64,000 nucleotides of DNA from Azolla caroliniana (taxonomy: Eukaryota > Plantae > Polypodiophyta), in contig JBHGNT010000001.1 of NCBI GenBank assembly GCA_043228905.1, positions 15,438,001 through 15,502,000 of the forward strand. Reading direction: 5' to 3'. Every line of letters begins with the position of its first letter. The stretch's first letter is position 1. The position numbers and the translations under genes are program-made. The notes beneath the pieces are model-generated. The model searched no databases, was not told the origin of the DNA, and worked only from the letters and a program-made list of their open reading frames with translations. Positions 37,201 to 51,000 of this stretch are shown here, one piece after another.

Positions 37201-39705
37201 TGGTAATCAACGACGAGACGAAGTGAGCCATCTTTCTTCTTGACAAAGAAGATGGGTGCACCGGTCGGAGATTTCGAATGACGGATGAACCCGCTTGCCA
37301 AGTTCTACTCTATGTAGGCTCAAAGGACTTCTAACTCGGTGGGTGACAAGTTGTAAATTGGTCCCCATGGTGGCTCGGTTCCTGGTTGTAAATTGATGGG
37401 ACAGTCATAGGGACGGTGATGAGGAAGGGTACCGGCTTTTACCTTGTCAAATACATCAGGATAAGGATGATATTTTGCCGGAAGTTATACTGAGGAGTCC
37501 TTCTTAATAGTGCTGGAAGGATGTACTGATATTGCAAATAGGAACATTGCCTCCTTGTGTCCTTCTTCGCGTAATTGATGGAGTGAAATGGTCGAAACTC
37601 GATGAATAGATTCTTGGGGTGGTCGATATCGGACTTCTCTTGTTCTCCAATGTATGGTTGGATTATGTAATTCAAACCAAGGTAATCCTAGGACAATGGG
37701 ATGCTCTAGACTACTAATTATATTAAATGATATTACACACACAAAACTACCTAGGACAACTTGAATGGGTTCTGATTCTTCTACAATATTCCCGGACGCA
37801 ATGGGACGACCATCAATGACTACTACAGATGCGGGACAAGGAAGTTTTCTTAGGGATATCTGAGAAGCTTGGGCAAGATTTCGATCCATGAAACAGGAAT
37901 TAGCTCCGGAATCTAAGAGTGCTAGGACGGGTACTGGGGAGTACTTTTAGTACTAACAATGACTAGGGCTAGGAACACATTGCTAACTTGCTTGGAAGGA
38001 ATGGAACCACTAATGGGCTGTACAGATCTAGGGCTGTTGTCCAGCCAAACGACTCCTATTTTGGCTGGACTCAATTGTTTAACTCTTCATCTAATTGACT
38101 AAGGATTTCAAATTTGTTTGAGATACTTGGGCTATTAGTACTATGAATACTATCTGACACTCTATTAGTAGTATTAATACTATCAGACACTCCGAAGGGA
38201 AGAATTGACTCGGGTTTAGTACAAGCGACGATTTGATTTACCTGTCTTCTTGGCCTATGGGGACAATTGATGGCGATATGCCCTGGTCCACCACAATAAA
38301 GACTTAATCGATTGGCACGTCGTCATTGCTTTTCTTCCTCCGATAACGGGTCGCGTCGACGCATGGTGTCGATCTCCATCGGTGTCGGAATATTGGCTTG
38401 AGGTACATCGCGTGCAAACGGTTTAGCCGTGACTGAGGCGTATGTGGGTTCCGGCCGAGAGCGTGGTATTTGTAACTAACGCTCCGAACGCCGTTCGAAA
38501 AGGCGGTAGTCGCATCGGACCGCTCGACTGATTGCCTCCGGAAGAGACTTTGGTTCTTCGGGGAAGGTTAAAAGCAGATCTTTGACATCATTGCGCAAGC
38601 CGTAGCGAAACTGCTCCATGAGGGCCTGATCATCCCAGGGAATATCTGAGGCGAGTAGACGGAAATCCGCCGCGTAGGCAGAGGCTGGACGATCGCCTTG
38701 ACGCAATCTTCGGATCTTGTTGATCGCCGTCCTGATGATGTCGGTATCTCCAAAGCTGGCTTTAAACTCACCAATAAAATCTTCAAAGTTATTAAGCAAG
38801 GGTGATTGTTTTTCTAGAAGCAGAGCGAACCATGCCAAGGCTGAGCCACTAAGTAACGTGCCTATTAGACCGACTCGAGATGCATCAGTGGGATATCGGG
38901 AAGGATGCATCTGGATGACTAAGCGTACCTGATTAAGGAATCCCCGGAATTGCGATCGCATTCCATCAAATTTCACAGGAAGTCCAATCTTGGGCTCTTT
39001 ATGAAATCCTTGGGGATTTGATCCTTGTTGTTGCAATGCTGCTTTGAGTTGTTGTACCCGTAATGCTAACTCCCCATGTTGTTGTTGCGTTTGTTGCTTT
39101 TCGAGAGCGATTTGTTGCAGATCCCCTATCAATCGTTGGTTTTCTTGTTCCAAGGCAACAAACTTTTCTTTTAGGCACTGTAACTCGGAGAAAACGGATT
39201 GATATTCTTGGGCGCTAACAGTAGCCATAATATAGGGAAAAGGGTAGGAGGATGAGGGAGAACGGCAAGTAGGCTGGAGGAAAGGAAAATTGGTTCAAAC
39301 TGTCAGGAATAGTACTAAAGCAGAGATGGAATTAGTACTAAGAAGAGTAGTACTATTAGTACTAAGAGGGGAGAGAGAGAGATAGCGAGGATGAGAGAGA
39401 GAGAAAGATGATGACAACAGCTAATATATTATGTGAAAAGATAAGTACAAAGCGGCTGAGAGGCTTAAGACTGGCGTTGAGCCAATTTGGTTCAACATAA
39501 TGCCTAGTGCCTTCTTTTATAGTGTTGTCAGGAGTAATCCTGAAACTTCTAGAATGTTCCAGAGAAATCTGGAATATACATTACTTTCTTATAATAAAAT
39601 ATAAATGAAAATAATATCTTATGAATTACAATAGATGGTTTGATGGTTAAGAGCTCAACCCATATACCATAAGGTCATGGGTTCGAGTCTTGCCATATCA
39701 TGACA
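34221..39705 (-). mobile_element. Ty3/Gypsy chromovirus D (Tcn1-like); LTRs 34221-34627 and 39301-39705
   Basis: ~405-bp LTRs; TSD gccgc/gtcgc; PPT; gag (38476-39228), PR, RT (36312-37301), integrase and chromodomain (PEYEVAAILDSKLIRNKLYYLVDWVGY). Inserted just downstream of the Copia A RNaseH. Confidence 0.93.
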
Positions 39706-39724
39706 GTCGCCTTCTGTTCTTCCC

Positions 39725-42700
39725 TCATCGGCGCAATCGGCAGTCTCTTTGCCTTTGCTCGTTCTCCCCCCTCCAGTGTGGCACGTCGAGATGCTGAACA
39801 CCAAGTATGCCGGTAAAGTGCTGCAACTTGTCCGATTCGAGCGGCTTGGTGAAGATGTCGGCAACTTGCCGATCCGTGTGAACATACCGTAGTTCAACTT
39901 CACCGCTTAGGACCCACTCACGCACAATGTGATAATGCACTTCTATGTGCTTTGTGCGACAATTTGTCGCAACCGTTTCTCGTTGCAGGCCGGTCCGGAG
40001 TTGGGACGGAGCTTCTAGTTTCGGTCCATTGACATTCTATCATGCTGAACTTGTACAACATATTCAAGACGTAATGTCGTTGTGAGAGTAATATGCCATC
40101 GGGTGTTCGGATCACCTCGATCCCAAGAAAATAATGAAGGTCCCCCAGGTCCTTCATCTCAAATGCGTCCGACAACAGGGACTTGACACGGTTGATTTCT
40201 GGAACACCCGGTCCGGTGATGACTAGATCATCAACATACAACAGTATACATACCGGGCTGCCTGAGTCTTGCCGGATGAACAACGAAGAGTCCGATTTGG
40301 AGGCCACAAACCCCATCTTACGCAACCGGTGCATGATCTTCGCATTCCAAGCTCGAGGGGCTTGCTTCAGGCCATACAACGACTTCTTCAGCCGGGGGGG
40401 CTTGTTCATCTCTGATTGAAAGCCAGGGGGTTGAGTCATAAAGACTTCTTCTTCCAGATCATCTTGAAGAAACGCATTCTTCACATCCATCTGGTGAAGA
40501 TGTCACCCCCTTGTTGCAACAACCGCTAGAACCACACGAACCGTCGTCATCTTCGCTACTAGACTAAAGGTCTCATCGTAGTCGATTCCCTGGGTCTGCA
40601 CGTATCCCTTTGCCACTAACCGGGCCTTGTACCGGTTAACTGAACCGTCGGTGTTGTACTTTATCTTGTACACCCACTTGCATCCGATTGGTTTACAGTG
40701 ACGGGGAGGGTCAACTAGGTCCCATGTCTTGTTGACATCAAGTGCCTGCATTTCTTGCTCCATAGCGGCACGCCAATTTGCGTCCTTGGCCGCTTCTGTG
40801 TAGCTCTCCGGCTCACACACTTTTGCCACCTTAGTCATGTATGCATAGTGATGCGCCATGTACTCATTGTACCCGTACTGCTTGACGGGATCCTTCTGGC
40901 GGGTGGACCGGCGTAACTCACCATTACCCGGTTTAAGGCCTTCCTTGGCCGGTTCGATCTTTGTTGCCGAAGATCCGCCTTTGTCCTTGCCGGAGTCGGA
41001 TGCATACCGATCCGACTCATTGTTGCTGGATTCAAATTCCGGCATCTTCTTCTTCCCTTTCTCTTTGCGCGTGAACCGTCGCCTCGGTTCCTTGCGCGGG
41101 GAGTGCATAGCGGAGTCTCCACTACTCACTGGTTCCTGATCGGACTAGTTAAATTGACTTAGTCTCTCGTTTGTCCCGCTCTACCAGAACGATTCCGGAC
41201 TCTCATCCTGAGCCCACGCTTCATCATCCTCTACCTGGGCCGCTTTGGGCTCACTAGCCTCATCCTCCGGCGCCAGGTCAGATTCGGAAGTCGGAGTTGG
41301 TAAGGAGTACTACGATGCCGATTCATCGAACTCGACATCTCGACTAACTCGGACCTGCTTTGTCCAGGGGTTATAACACTTATAAACCTTTTGCTCTTGA
41401 GCATAGCCGACTAGGATGCATTTTTCCGATTTTGTGTCCAGCTTCCTCCGCTTCTCATCCGGTACATGCACATATGTAATGCTACCAAAGATCTTAAGGT
41501 GTGTCAAATTCGGCTTGCACCTGAAATATAGCTCGTGAGCTGACACCTTGTCACCGATCCGGTTCTGGATGTAGACAACCGTCTGGACTGCTTCCGCCCA
41601 GTAGAATTTGGGCATGCTCTTCTCCTCTAGCAGTGCCCTTGCCGCATCAATGAGCGACCGATTCATCCTCTCGGCAACACTGTTCTGTTGTGGTGTGTAT
41701 CTGCAGCTGAACTCTTGCCGAATTCCCTTTTGCTGCCGATAACTGTTGAATTGGCCGGAAAAGTACTCTTTTCTGCCATCCGACCGCAGGCATTTGATCC
41801 TCCTCTCTGATTCCCGTTCCACCATGCTTTGGAGACTCCGGAAACACTCGAAGACTTCACTGTTCCGCTCAATGAGGTAGATCAATGTATGTCGCGTATA
41901 GTCATCGATGAAGGAGATGAAATATCAACTCCCGCCAAGACTAACATTCCGTGCCGGTCCCCACACATCCGAATGGATTAAGTCGAGCATGTTACGGCTC
42001 CGGTTATGTTCGGTAAGGAATGAAAGCTTGTCAGGCTTCACATACTTGGGCCTTCTGGCCGCCAAACTTCGACAAACCGAAAACAACTTGTTTTGTTTGC
42101 AGGCCTTGAAGCCTCTAGTAATTGACGTGGCCTATCCGCTTTTGCCACAGGTCGATGTCCGATTCGACCTTTTGTCCTTTTGCAAACAAAGCGGTGCCGA
42201 TGTCATTTGTGTTGAGGATAAACATCCTCCCGTCTTTGTGCCCTTGCGCAATAATCTGGGCCTCTTCTTCGATGAAGCACCCGAGGTGCGTAAACCACAC
42301 CTGCATCCCCTAGTCGACGATCTGTCCGACTGACACCAGGTTCTTCATGATTGACGGAACGTGTAATACGTTCATCAGCTTCCCCTTCTGTCCGACATGG
42401 CTCAAAGGGACTTCTCCGAGGTGTACGATTGGGTGAGGAGTGTCGTTTCCGGTTTCGACTACTCCTGGTTGATCCGGTTTCTCCAAGAAGGAGAACCACT
42501 CTTTGTGGCTCGTCATGTGGTTCGACGCACAAGAATCAACATACCACACTTCCTCCGATTCGGAAGTGGTCTTCTTCATCGAGTTCGCCTTGTGCTTCAT
42601 CACCAAAGCTGGCCCGTTGCTGTTCTTGGATCATCCCGATCCCTTCGTGTAGTGCGAGCTTTGCCGGCCATCTTTGTTGGCCTTGCCGGATCCGTATTTT

Positions 42701-43557
42701 TCCGAATTGATGCGCTTTCTCCAGCACTCGCTTTCTCTGTGGCCCTTCTTGCCACAGTACCAACATTCCATAGCAGATTTGTCTTGCCGGCCTCCGGCAC
42801 CGCCTTGACTCCTCCTGCCTGTGGAAGTCTCCGAACTGTTGTCGGCACGTTCTTTGTGCCTTCGTTCTTGCTCTTGCCGGTCGCCTCCATTGCGTGCCGA
42901 CCCGCCTCGTCCACCACGCCCATGGGACCGATCCGCCTCCGTGTACAACATATGGCTGTTAGTGGGTGCGCTAGTTGACGCACCATCCTGGTTCTCCTCT
43001 ACAAGGAGCATCGACTGTAAGTCGAAAAATGACGGCGTATTCTCCCTTGTACACACCGCCGTTCGGAACGCTCTGAACTTAGATGCCAAGCCCCCAAGAC
43101 AGACCTGTACCATCTCATCTTCCTCTACGGTAATGTTGATAGAGGCAAGCGAGTCACAGATCTCTTTGATCCGGGCCATGTAATCCGCCACCGACATGTC
43201 CTTCTGTCGGACATTGCTCAACTCCTGTCGGAGTTGCAGCTTCCGGGCTGTAGTGCTCGTGGCGAAAACCTTCTTCAGGTTCCCCCAAGCCTCCTTCGGT
43301 GTCTTGGCATCTCGGATGTGGCTCAGCAGCTGGTCTCCGACACTGGATGCGAAGCAATACATCACTCTTCCTTCCAATTGTTCCCACACTGGGAAGTCCT
43401 TATGTGCCGCATCAGGTGCTGTTTCGTTGGCTCGTTCGACGAAACTCCAGTAGCCATGCCCAAGCAGGTACTGGTGCATCTTATATGACCAAGATGCATA
43501 GTTCGATCTGTCGAGTTTCTCCACAGGGAGCGAGCTAGCCATTCCTCTATCCATCAC
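39725..43557 (-). pseudogene. Copia A gag-pol (frameshifted, with an internal RT/RNaseH deletion near 39960)
   Basis: Gag with CCHC knuckle (CWYCGKKGHRESEC), WYVDSCASNH protease, integrase (RIKCLRSD, PQQNSVAER), RT (MDVKNAFL, LLYVDDLV) and the RNaseH end (QVADIFTK). Confidence 0.9.
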
Positions 43558-46372
43558 TTCTCTATCTGTTGTTTTACAACCTGTTAGGGTTTTCTTTCAA
43601 GCGTTTGTTGGCTGCAGAGGAGGTTCTCAACCCTCGCGCTCTGATACCATGGAAAGTGTTAGAAAACTAAGAAATTAGGGAATACACAGAGTACACGGGA
43701 AAGACAGAGAGAGCAGAACTTCAAGGCTATATTCAAAAACAATAAAAACACTATGTGTTTACAACTATGCTTTGTAGCATTATTTATACAAGTCCTCGTG
43801 GGACTGACAGAAGTACCGCGTACTTCAATGCTCACACGAGCATCTGACACTTACTACAAGACTATAATTGCCTAGTAGTCTACACTAATACTAGGCTTTC
43901 GGTTACTGGTTGGATCTGGCTAACCAGCTCCCCAGCTCACCGACTCTGTTGCTTGCCGGTTTGGTTGCTCACAGCTTACCGATTCGTCTCACTTGCCAGC
44001 TCAGGCTTATTCAGCCGATCCAGCTCCAGTGGAGCTTGCCGCTCAACAAGGATAAAGACAAAATATCAGTTACAAGAACAATATGAAAAAGACAAAACAA
44101 CAGTTACAAAGAAGTAACAACTACCCGTTACTTCTATGTATATATATATGTATGAATTATTGTTTAGTTTTCAGCGTGTGATACTACATTGGAGTTGTTA
44201 CTATAGGTTCTTACATTGTAATACACTTGTCTTAATAATATCTGCCTTATTATACATTGTTTCAATCTCTCTCTCTCTCTTTCTCTGTTGTCACTCCATT
44301 CCATTCTGTTCTAACTTTTCGTACATGGTATTAGAGTTTAGTTGCACGATCTGAATCTCATACTCCCCTATAACCAACAAAACTCACCATAGATTATCTA
44401 AGATAAACAAATCTTAGTACTATCATTATGGCAAGCTCAAGCAGTAAATATACCTTGGACAAAGTAACAGAAAAAAACTACAAAACTTGGAAGACTCGAA
44501 TGGAGCTGCTACTTGATGTTGAGGAGCTCCTTGACATCACAAGTAGTGCCAGTCCAGAACCTAAAAAACAAGAGTTAGACGAATGGAACGAGTGGCAAAA
44601 GCTTGATAAAAGAGCTAGACTAGAGATAATATTAAATGTAGATGAAAAACAGTTAGAAATTATTCGAAAACTCACATCTGCAGCTGCGATGTGGGGAAAA
44701 CTGAAGGAACTAAACTCTACACCTTAGGTACCCTGTTTAATATGTGTGTTTTACAGGAAGAAGAAGATGTCCCTACCTTCTTATCAACTTGGGAGGCAAT
44801 CATGGATGATGCAACTACCGTCGGCAATAACGTCTCAGAAGACATCAAGATTGGTTTAGTGCTAAGCAAACTCCCCGAATCTTGGGGAACATTTATCACT
44901 ATGCATAGTAGCACTGCAACATTGTCTGAGCTAATTACTAAGATCCTCCATGAAGACATTTGACAACAAAAGTAGAATAATGCTCAATCAGTCACAATGG
45001 CAGTCTCGATCAATCGATTCCAAAGAGTTCATCCAACAAAACATACACTAAGAGTGAAGCACAAAAATACTATGGGAACAACTCACGACAAAATGGAAGC
45101 TTTAGAATCATTTGTAGATACTGCAAGAAGGAAGGACATATCGAGCGAGTATGTCGCCTCAAGCAAGAAGAAAAGAACTCCAACCAACCCCAAGCACATA
45201 ATGTGGTTATCCAACAAGAAGACGATACAAATCTAGAATACTCTTTTGAAGAAGCACCTGAACAAAATGGAGAACATGATGAAGAAGAGTACATTCAATC
45301 ATATAATTCAAACACATTTGAAAAATAAATAAATGAAGATGATAGCACCTGGTTCTTGGATTCTAGGGCTACTCACCATCTAACATATCGAAAAGACTGG
45401 TGGGACAACAATCAAGAGCTCCCAATACCATTGACGGTCACCTTCAGAGACAAAGGTCAAAAAGTGGCAATTGGGAAAGGTAATATCAAATTAAGGATCT
45501 TTAGTAATCATGTTGTACAAATTTTAGATATATACTTTGTACCTGGAATTGCAAAACATCTATTATAGTCGGACAAGCTACTACAAAAGGAAGGACAATT
45601 AAATTTAGCAAACATCCAACTACCCTATATATCCAAGGTAATCAACATGAGATAAAAATTGTATGTCCAAAACAAGGGCAACTATATCTAGTCAAGGCAA
45701 ATCAAGGAGAAGCATTAGCTGTTGAAGTACATCAAGGAGGACTAGACAATGTGTCTCTCACCTATCTATGGCACTGCCGGTTCGGTCATCTACATACACC
45801 AACACTCAAGTTGTGTCAAAATCAGAACCTGGTAAGAGGTTTACGTTCGACAATTTTTAAATCTATTGATATTTGTGAAGAATGCATGTATGGGAAAATG
45901 GCTCAAAAATCATTCCCACTAAGTAACTTAAAGACAAAGGAACTACTTCAACTTGTTCACATGGATGTATGTGGACCGATAACTCGCAACTCACTCTCCG
46001 GAGCAAGGTGCTTTATAACATTGATTGATAACACTTCACGATTGACAATGGTTAACTTTCAAAAGGGAAATGCATTCATGAGGAGAGGAGGAAATATTCT
46101 AGACTCATTTTGTTTGTTATTTGTATAGGAATTGGGTGGTAATCGGCGAGATGGTTGATGTGGACTGAATGAAGAATTTTTTTCTGTGATAAGGATGAGT
46201 GAAGATGGTGGGGGGGTCGAAGCCGACTATCATGAGTAGGTGAGGAAACTTTTAGACTATTTTTTTGTTGTTAATACAGGATTTTCGTGGGCATTGGCAA
46301 GATGCCAAGATGGTCGGCTCATCAAGATGTTGAATGAAGGAGATTTTAGGTTCATGGTGTGGTGATTGGGAT

Positions 46373-46839
46373 TGAAGCATGGTGTGGTGATTGGGATTGA
46401 AGCATAATAGTATGATGAGAGGATGAGTGAGGATGGTGTGGGGGCCGAAGCAGATCATGTGGGAGGAGGAAATAGTCTAGATTTATTTCATTTTTAGTTG
46501 TATAGGAACTTCAGTGCTGAACTTCGTTTGGAAACAACAATCTGGGTTGGCTATTCAACCAAGACTTGGAGAGCATGATCTTCTATTCGAATCAAAGACC
46601 TATGAAGCATGGTGTGGTGATTGGGATTGAAGCATAATAGTATGATGAGAGGATGAGTGAGGATGGTGTGGGGGCCGAAGCAGATCATGTGGGAGGAGGA
46701 AATAGTCTAGATTTATTTCATTTTTAGTTGTATAGGAACTTCAGTGCTGAACTTCGTTTGGAAACAACAATCTGGTTTGGCTATTCAACCAAGACTTGGA
46801 GAGCATGATCTTCTATTCGAATCAAAGACCTATGAAGCA
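46373..46839 (+). repeat. Tandem duplication, period 230 bp
   Basis: 46373-46609 is repeated at 46603-46839 with one visible mismatch; tgaagca microhomology at the junction. Confidence 0.9.
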
Positions 46840-47490
46840 ATGATCACTTTCCTTTTGAAATGTTACAAAGAGTTTGACAAATCATCCCTAGATGAACGTA
46901 TTTTGTTGCTATTGGAACATGCCATGGCCTTAAATGGAATTGTTGATTTACATGTTAAGGCATCAAATGGACTCCTGGTTGTTGTTGCTTAGTCACCAAA
47001 GAAATTTGCAGAAATGTATGTTGGGAGAGTAAGTTGGTTGAGACAATTCGTTGGACATGTTGATACAAGTACACGAGAGATAATAGGAAGGCTTTTTGAC
47101 AAGGTTTGAAGAAGCTCACAGTGTTGTATGTGCAACTGGATATATTCTAATGCAATGTATGACTGGCATGCCAACAGTTCCAATTAACAAGATGAAAAAC
47201 ATACTATCAAGCTTGGTTCACTTGAGAACTTCAGGAAATCCTCTCCAATCAGGAACTGCAGTGGAAGCAGTTCGTCATATTGTTCTACGGGGCTGTTTAC
47301 GTCTATTTTCTAATGGTGATGAACAATATATAGGTGTAGATTCTATCAACAATAATGAGGTGACAGAAGGAAAACTAGTTTTAACATTTGTAATTCAGTT
47401 GTTCAATGATGTCATATCTTCAAAAGATTCAAAATTAGTTCAGAAAGCAATATTGTGGATGGGCATATCTGCCATGGTGGCCCTGAAAAA
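46737..47490 (+). pseudogene. ECM29: Fragment of proteasome adaptor ECM29
   Basis: LLFESKTYEAMITFLLKC..LLLEHAMALNGIVDLHVKAS..WLRQFVGHVDTSTRE..RLL/RFEEAHSVVCATGY..AVEAVRHI..VQKAILWMG resembles my recollection of plant ECM29 HEAT repeats; contains stop, frameshift and deletion. Confidence 0.7.
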
Positions 47491-47594
47491 ATACTTTTGG
47501 AAGCAGCGCTAAATACGATATTTGCATTGAGCAGGACTACGGTGGAGGAGGTGCTATTTTCTGTAGGTGAAGCTATTTGTTTTATATGGGGTGA

Positions 47595-47750
47595 TCTTGA
47601 TTAGCATTGCTTTGATGCACATGTACGCAAAATGTGGTGAAGTGGAGAATGACAAGGAAGTAATTAGTGAGCTTACTATCCGTGATCTCGCATGTTGGAC
47701 CACACTTATTTCAGGATATGCCCACCAGAAACTGGGTGAAGGAATGCTGA
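47595..47750 (+). pseudogene. PLS-class PPR gene fragment
   Basis: IALMHMYAKCGEVENDKEVISELTIRDLACWTTLISGYAHQ matches the S/P motif consensus ALIDMYAKCG..A..VF..M..RD...WT.LI.GYA. Confidence 0.85.
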
Positions 47751-48059
47751 GCAATATATGTGGCAGAGACTCCAGTGATAAAGGCCAAAAATCTTGAGCC
47801 CAGTGTTGTTGAGACTATTAAAGCTACATGAGTGTTCAATAGTTTTCTAGTTAATTATGTTGCAATTTTCTTTGTATTACTGGACTTTTTGTATATTGCC
47901 TTTGGCTAGTTTATGTTAATACCAATGGAGGATATTTTTATGGAAAAAAGAAGAGGGAAATGCATTCAAAGAATTTTGTGCATATAAGAGCTTTGTTGCA
48001 TTGTCATCGCACAACTAGTAAGTATTCCCATCCTCCGACCACAATACCTTGATCTGGAT

Positions 48060-51000
48060 ACGTAGGAAGGAAGTATCCAAATGCATGTTATATTGGGAGG
48101 GTATAGCAATAGGAAGTGCGGTAGATATGGGTTTGTAGTGTTCCATGACAAAATGTTTTAAAATATTATCAATGTATCGAGATTGTGAGAGTGATATTTT
48201 TCCTAGTCTTGTAATTCTTTTGACTTCTATTCCTAGAAAATAGGACATGGGTCCAAGATCGGTGATAGGAAATGCAGAAATTTAAATAAGATAGAGAACC
48301 TGATAGCAAGAGAAAATCATCTACATAGACTCCTAGTATGATGAAGTTAGATGCCGATTTTCTAAAGTAGATATTTGGTTCACTTTTAAGTCTATTATAT
48401 CCACATTTGATTAAAAAAATATGGAGACAATAGTACCAAGCTTGAGGTGATTGTCGTAGGTCATAGATTGACTTCCACAATTTACAGATGTGTGTTGGAA
48501 ACTGTGTATTCTAGAAGTAGGGAGGTTGTTCCATATATACTTCTTCTTTAGGGTCCCCATGTAGGAAGGCGGTTTGAACATCCATGTGATGAAGTTCAAG
48601 CTTTTGAGTTGCAACGATGGCCACAAGTAGTTGAAAAGATATTATTCGGAAGGTGGGACCGAAGGTATCTATGAAGTCTATTACAGGTTCTTCTGTGAAG
48701 CCTCGAGCAACTAAGTGTGCTTTAAATCGGTGTCTCGGAGATGTCATGTCTATGTTAGAAGTATCATACGTGGGAGTATTTGGGGGAGAAGTGTTAGGAC
48801 TTCTAGGAGATGTTTTACTGTGTTATGCGAGACAAAAGAAAAATAACTAGAGCAACGAAGAGTAGAAGCAAAGTTGGGGCGCTCATTAGAGACAGGAGTG
48901 TGATCCACAACAATGGTGCGGTGTCTATTTGGTGATCGGATGTTGCTCGAGGCGGCTTTAGAAGGTGGTAGTGGTTGAGTAGTACAAGTGGGGAAAGCAA
49001 TGGGAGTGTGATCAATAGCTATGGTGTGATCTCTATTTCGCGATCGAATGCTACTCGAGGTGGCTTCAAAAGATGATGGTGTCAAATGTAAAGAGACTTG
49101 TGGTGATGGAGATCTAGATGGAAGGCACGGTGTAATGTTATTGTTGGTTGGCTGCAATAAGTATATTGATTTGGGTTTCTAAAATTATTGTTGATTTTTT
49201 ATTTTGATTTTGTAAGATGTCAGATTCGTTGAACATTTGCTAAAGAAAAATTTGTTGGTAACTAGGTTGTAGAGTTGGTAAGCCTTGTAACCATGTGTGT
49301 CTCCATATCCAGTAAAGATGGATTTTTGTGCTTAGATTGCATTTAACTTATTTCTTTTGTTTTCTAGTACAGAAGCAAAAGCAGTCCGTCCAAATATTTT
49401 AAGGTCTTGAAAATGAGGCTTATGTTCATAACACATTTCAAAAAGGTGTGTGTAGTCCAGTCGAGCTTTGATACACTCGGTTTGGAATGTAACAAGTGGT
49501 TGCAACATCGTACTCCCAGAATTTCGGCTCTAGTTTGGTGGCATTCGGCACGATATAGGTAGCATTGACTAAGCTGCGATTTTTTCTTTCCGGAATTCCA
49601 CTTTGTTGAGGAGTTTTTGGTTGTGAATTCCTTCGGATTTGCAAAAATCCATGTAGGCATCTGAATTGTATTCACCGCCTCCATCAGTTTGTAGAAATTG
49701 TATTTTGTTTTGAGTTATATTTGGTCATTTATAAGTGCTTAAAGTGCTTGGTTTTTTGCTTTATGGAATGTAATAACATTGAATTGACTGTAGTCATCTA
49801 TGAAACTAATGAAGTAGTATGATCCTGTTATTGACTGTGTAGGGAAAGGGCCACAAAGATCATTATGGATTAATTGCAGTGGGAATCGATTTCTACTTTT
49901 TTGTTGTGGACAAGAGTGATGAGGCATCTTCCCAAAAACGCACCCTTCACAGAGGTCAAAAGAAGTTGTGAATTGTTCTTTAGGTAGACCAATGACCATG
50001 ATTTTTTATTGTAGGGTTTTAATGGCCTATAAATTTGTATGTGCAAGTCTATGATGCCATAAGATGCTAAGATCAAGGTTTTCTTTTATGGATACATAAT
50101 GGTAGATTCTATGTCTATATTTGTTGGTGGATAGGGAATGTGGTAGAGCCCTTTATCAAGGCTCCTACAAACGTACTTTATTTTCTGTTTATTAGGTGAC
50201 TTCTGCTTAATTTATGCATATGTTTTTTCAAATTTTATGGTGGTTCTATTTTTGGTTGCTTGACAAACTGATAATAGGTTTTTCGTAATTCAAGGAACAA
50301 AGTAGACATTGTCTACTGCGACGAGTTGATACTCTTGCAGGAGAAAGCTTATGTCCCCTTTTCTGAAGGCATTTTAGGTGCCATTATTACCAAACACAAC
50401 AAAGATTAGTACTGGTAAGGGGTTATAGTTTCTAATAGATAGTTTATTGTTGGTCATATGATGGGTGGCACCAGTATCAAAGTAACAAGTGTTGTTTGGT
50501 TGTTGTTTTGTATCGATTCCTGTAGTCAAATCATCTACAAGGAAGACTTATAGGAGGTCATCATAACCTTCATCATTTTCCTCATTGTTGGTTTCATTTG
50601 GGTATGATTCATTTTCTAAAATTTCCTCAGCTCGGTGAGCTTCTACTCAAGATCTAGGTCTTTGATATGATTGTTTATTTCTGGTTTCTCTAAATCTACA
50701 TTGATTGTTTTTGTCCAGATTTATTATAGATGGTGCAGAAAATTTGTGAGAATCTCACGCCTCATGTTTGTGATCTAAAGTTTTTCTGGGCCTATATTTT
50801 GTTCCTTAGTTTGATAGTTGTTTGCTACGATATGCTATCATTGCTTATGTGTGTTGTGTTAGTTCAGGTTGGCGTGCCTTTTTCATGGTTTCTTCTCTTC
50901 TAGTCTAATAAATTTTTGTAAGGCAAATGAGAGTTCTGTTTGTATTGAAGTTTTGGGTGGTCACCAAGGTGCTCCAATATGGTGAAAGTGCACGTAAAAA

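Larger units (their letters stand above)
9807..44048 (-). mobile_element. Ty1/Copia element A; 3' LTR 9807-10064 + 33612-33751, 5' LTR 43650-44048
   Basis: Matching LTRs; TSD aggat (9802-9806 / 44049-44053); tRNA-Met PBS (gctctgatacca on + at 43638-43649); PPT (ctccccct on +) beside 33751; gag-PR-INT-RT-RH order on the minus strand. Confidence 0.92.
46079..47953 (+). other. 1.9-kb host-derived insertion with a 15-bp TSD (probable retroposed chimeric transcript)
   Basis: agggaaatgcattca at 46064-46078 and 47954-47968. A-rich stretch just before the right copy. The Copia E integrase reads through once the insert is removed. Confidence 0.75.
9749..47998 (+). mobile_element. Ty1/Copia element E (degenerate, 3'-truncated); 5' LTR split into ~9749-9806 and 44054-44325 by Copia A
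   Basis: LTR end ...gtaca at 44325 followed by tRNA-Met PBS tggtattagag. gag (44428), protease DSRATHH, GAG-pre-integrase WHCRFGH and integrase LVHMDVCGP are present. The integrase frame resumes after 47968 (GNAFKEFCAYKSFV). The left LTR start at 9749 is tentative. Confidence 0.7.
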
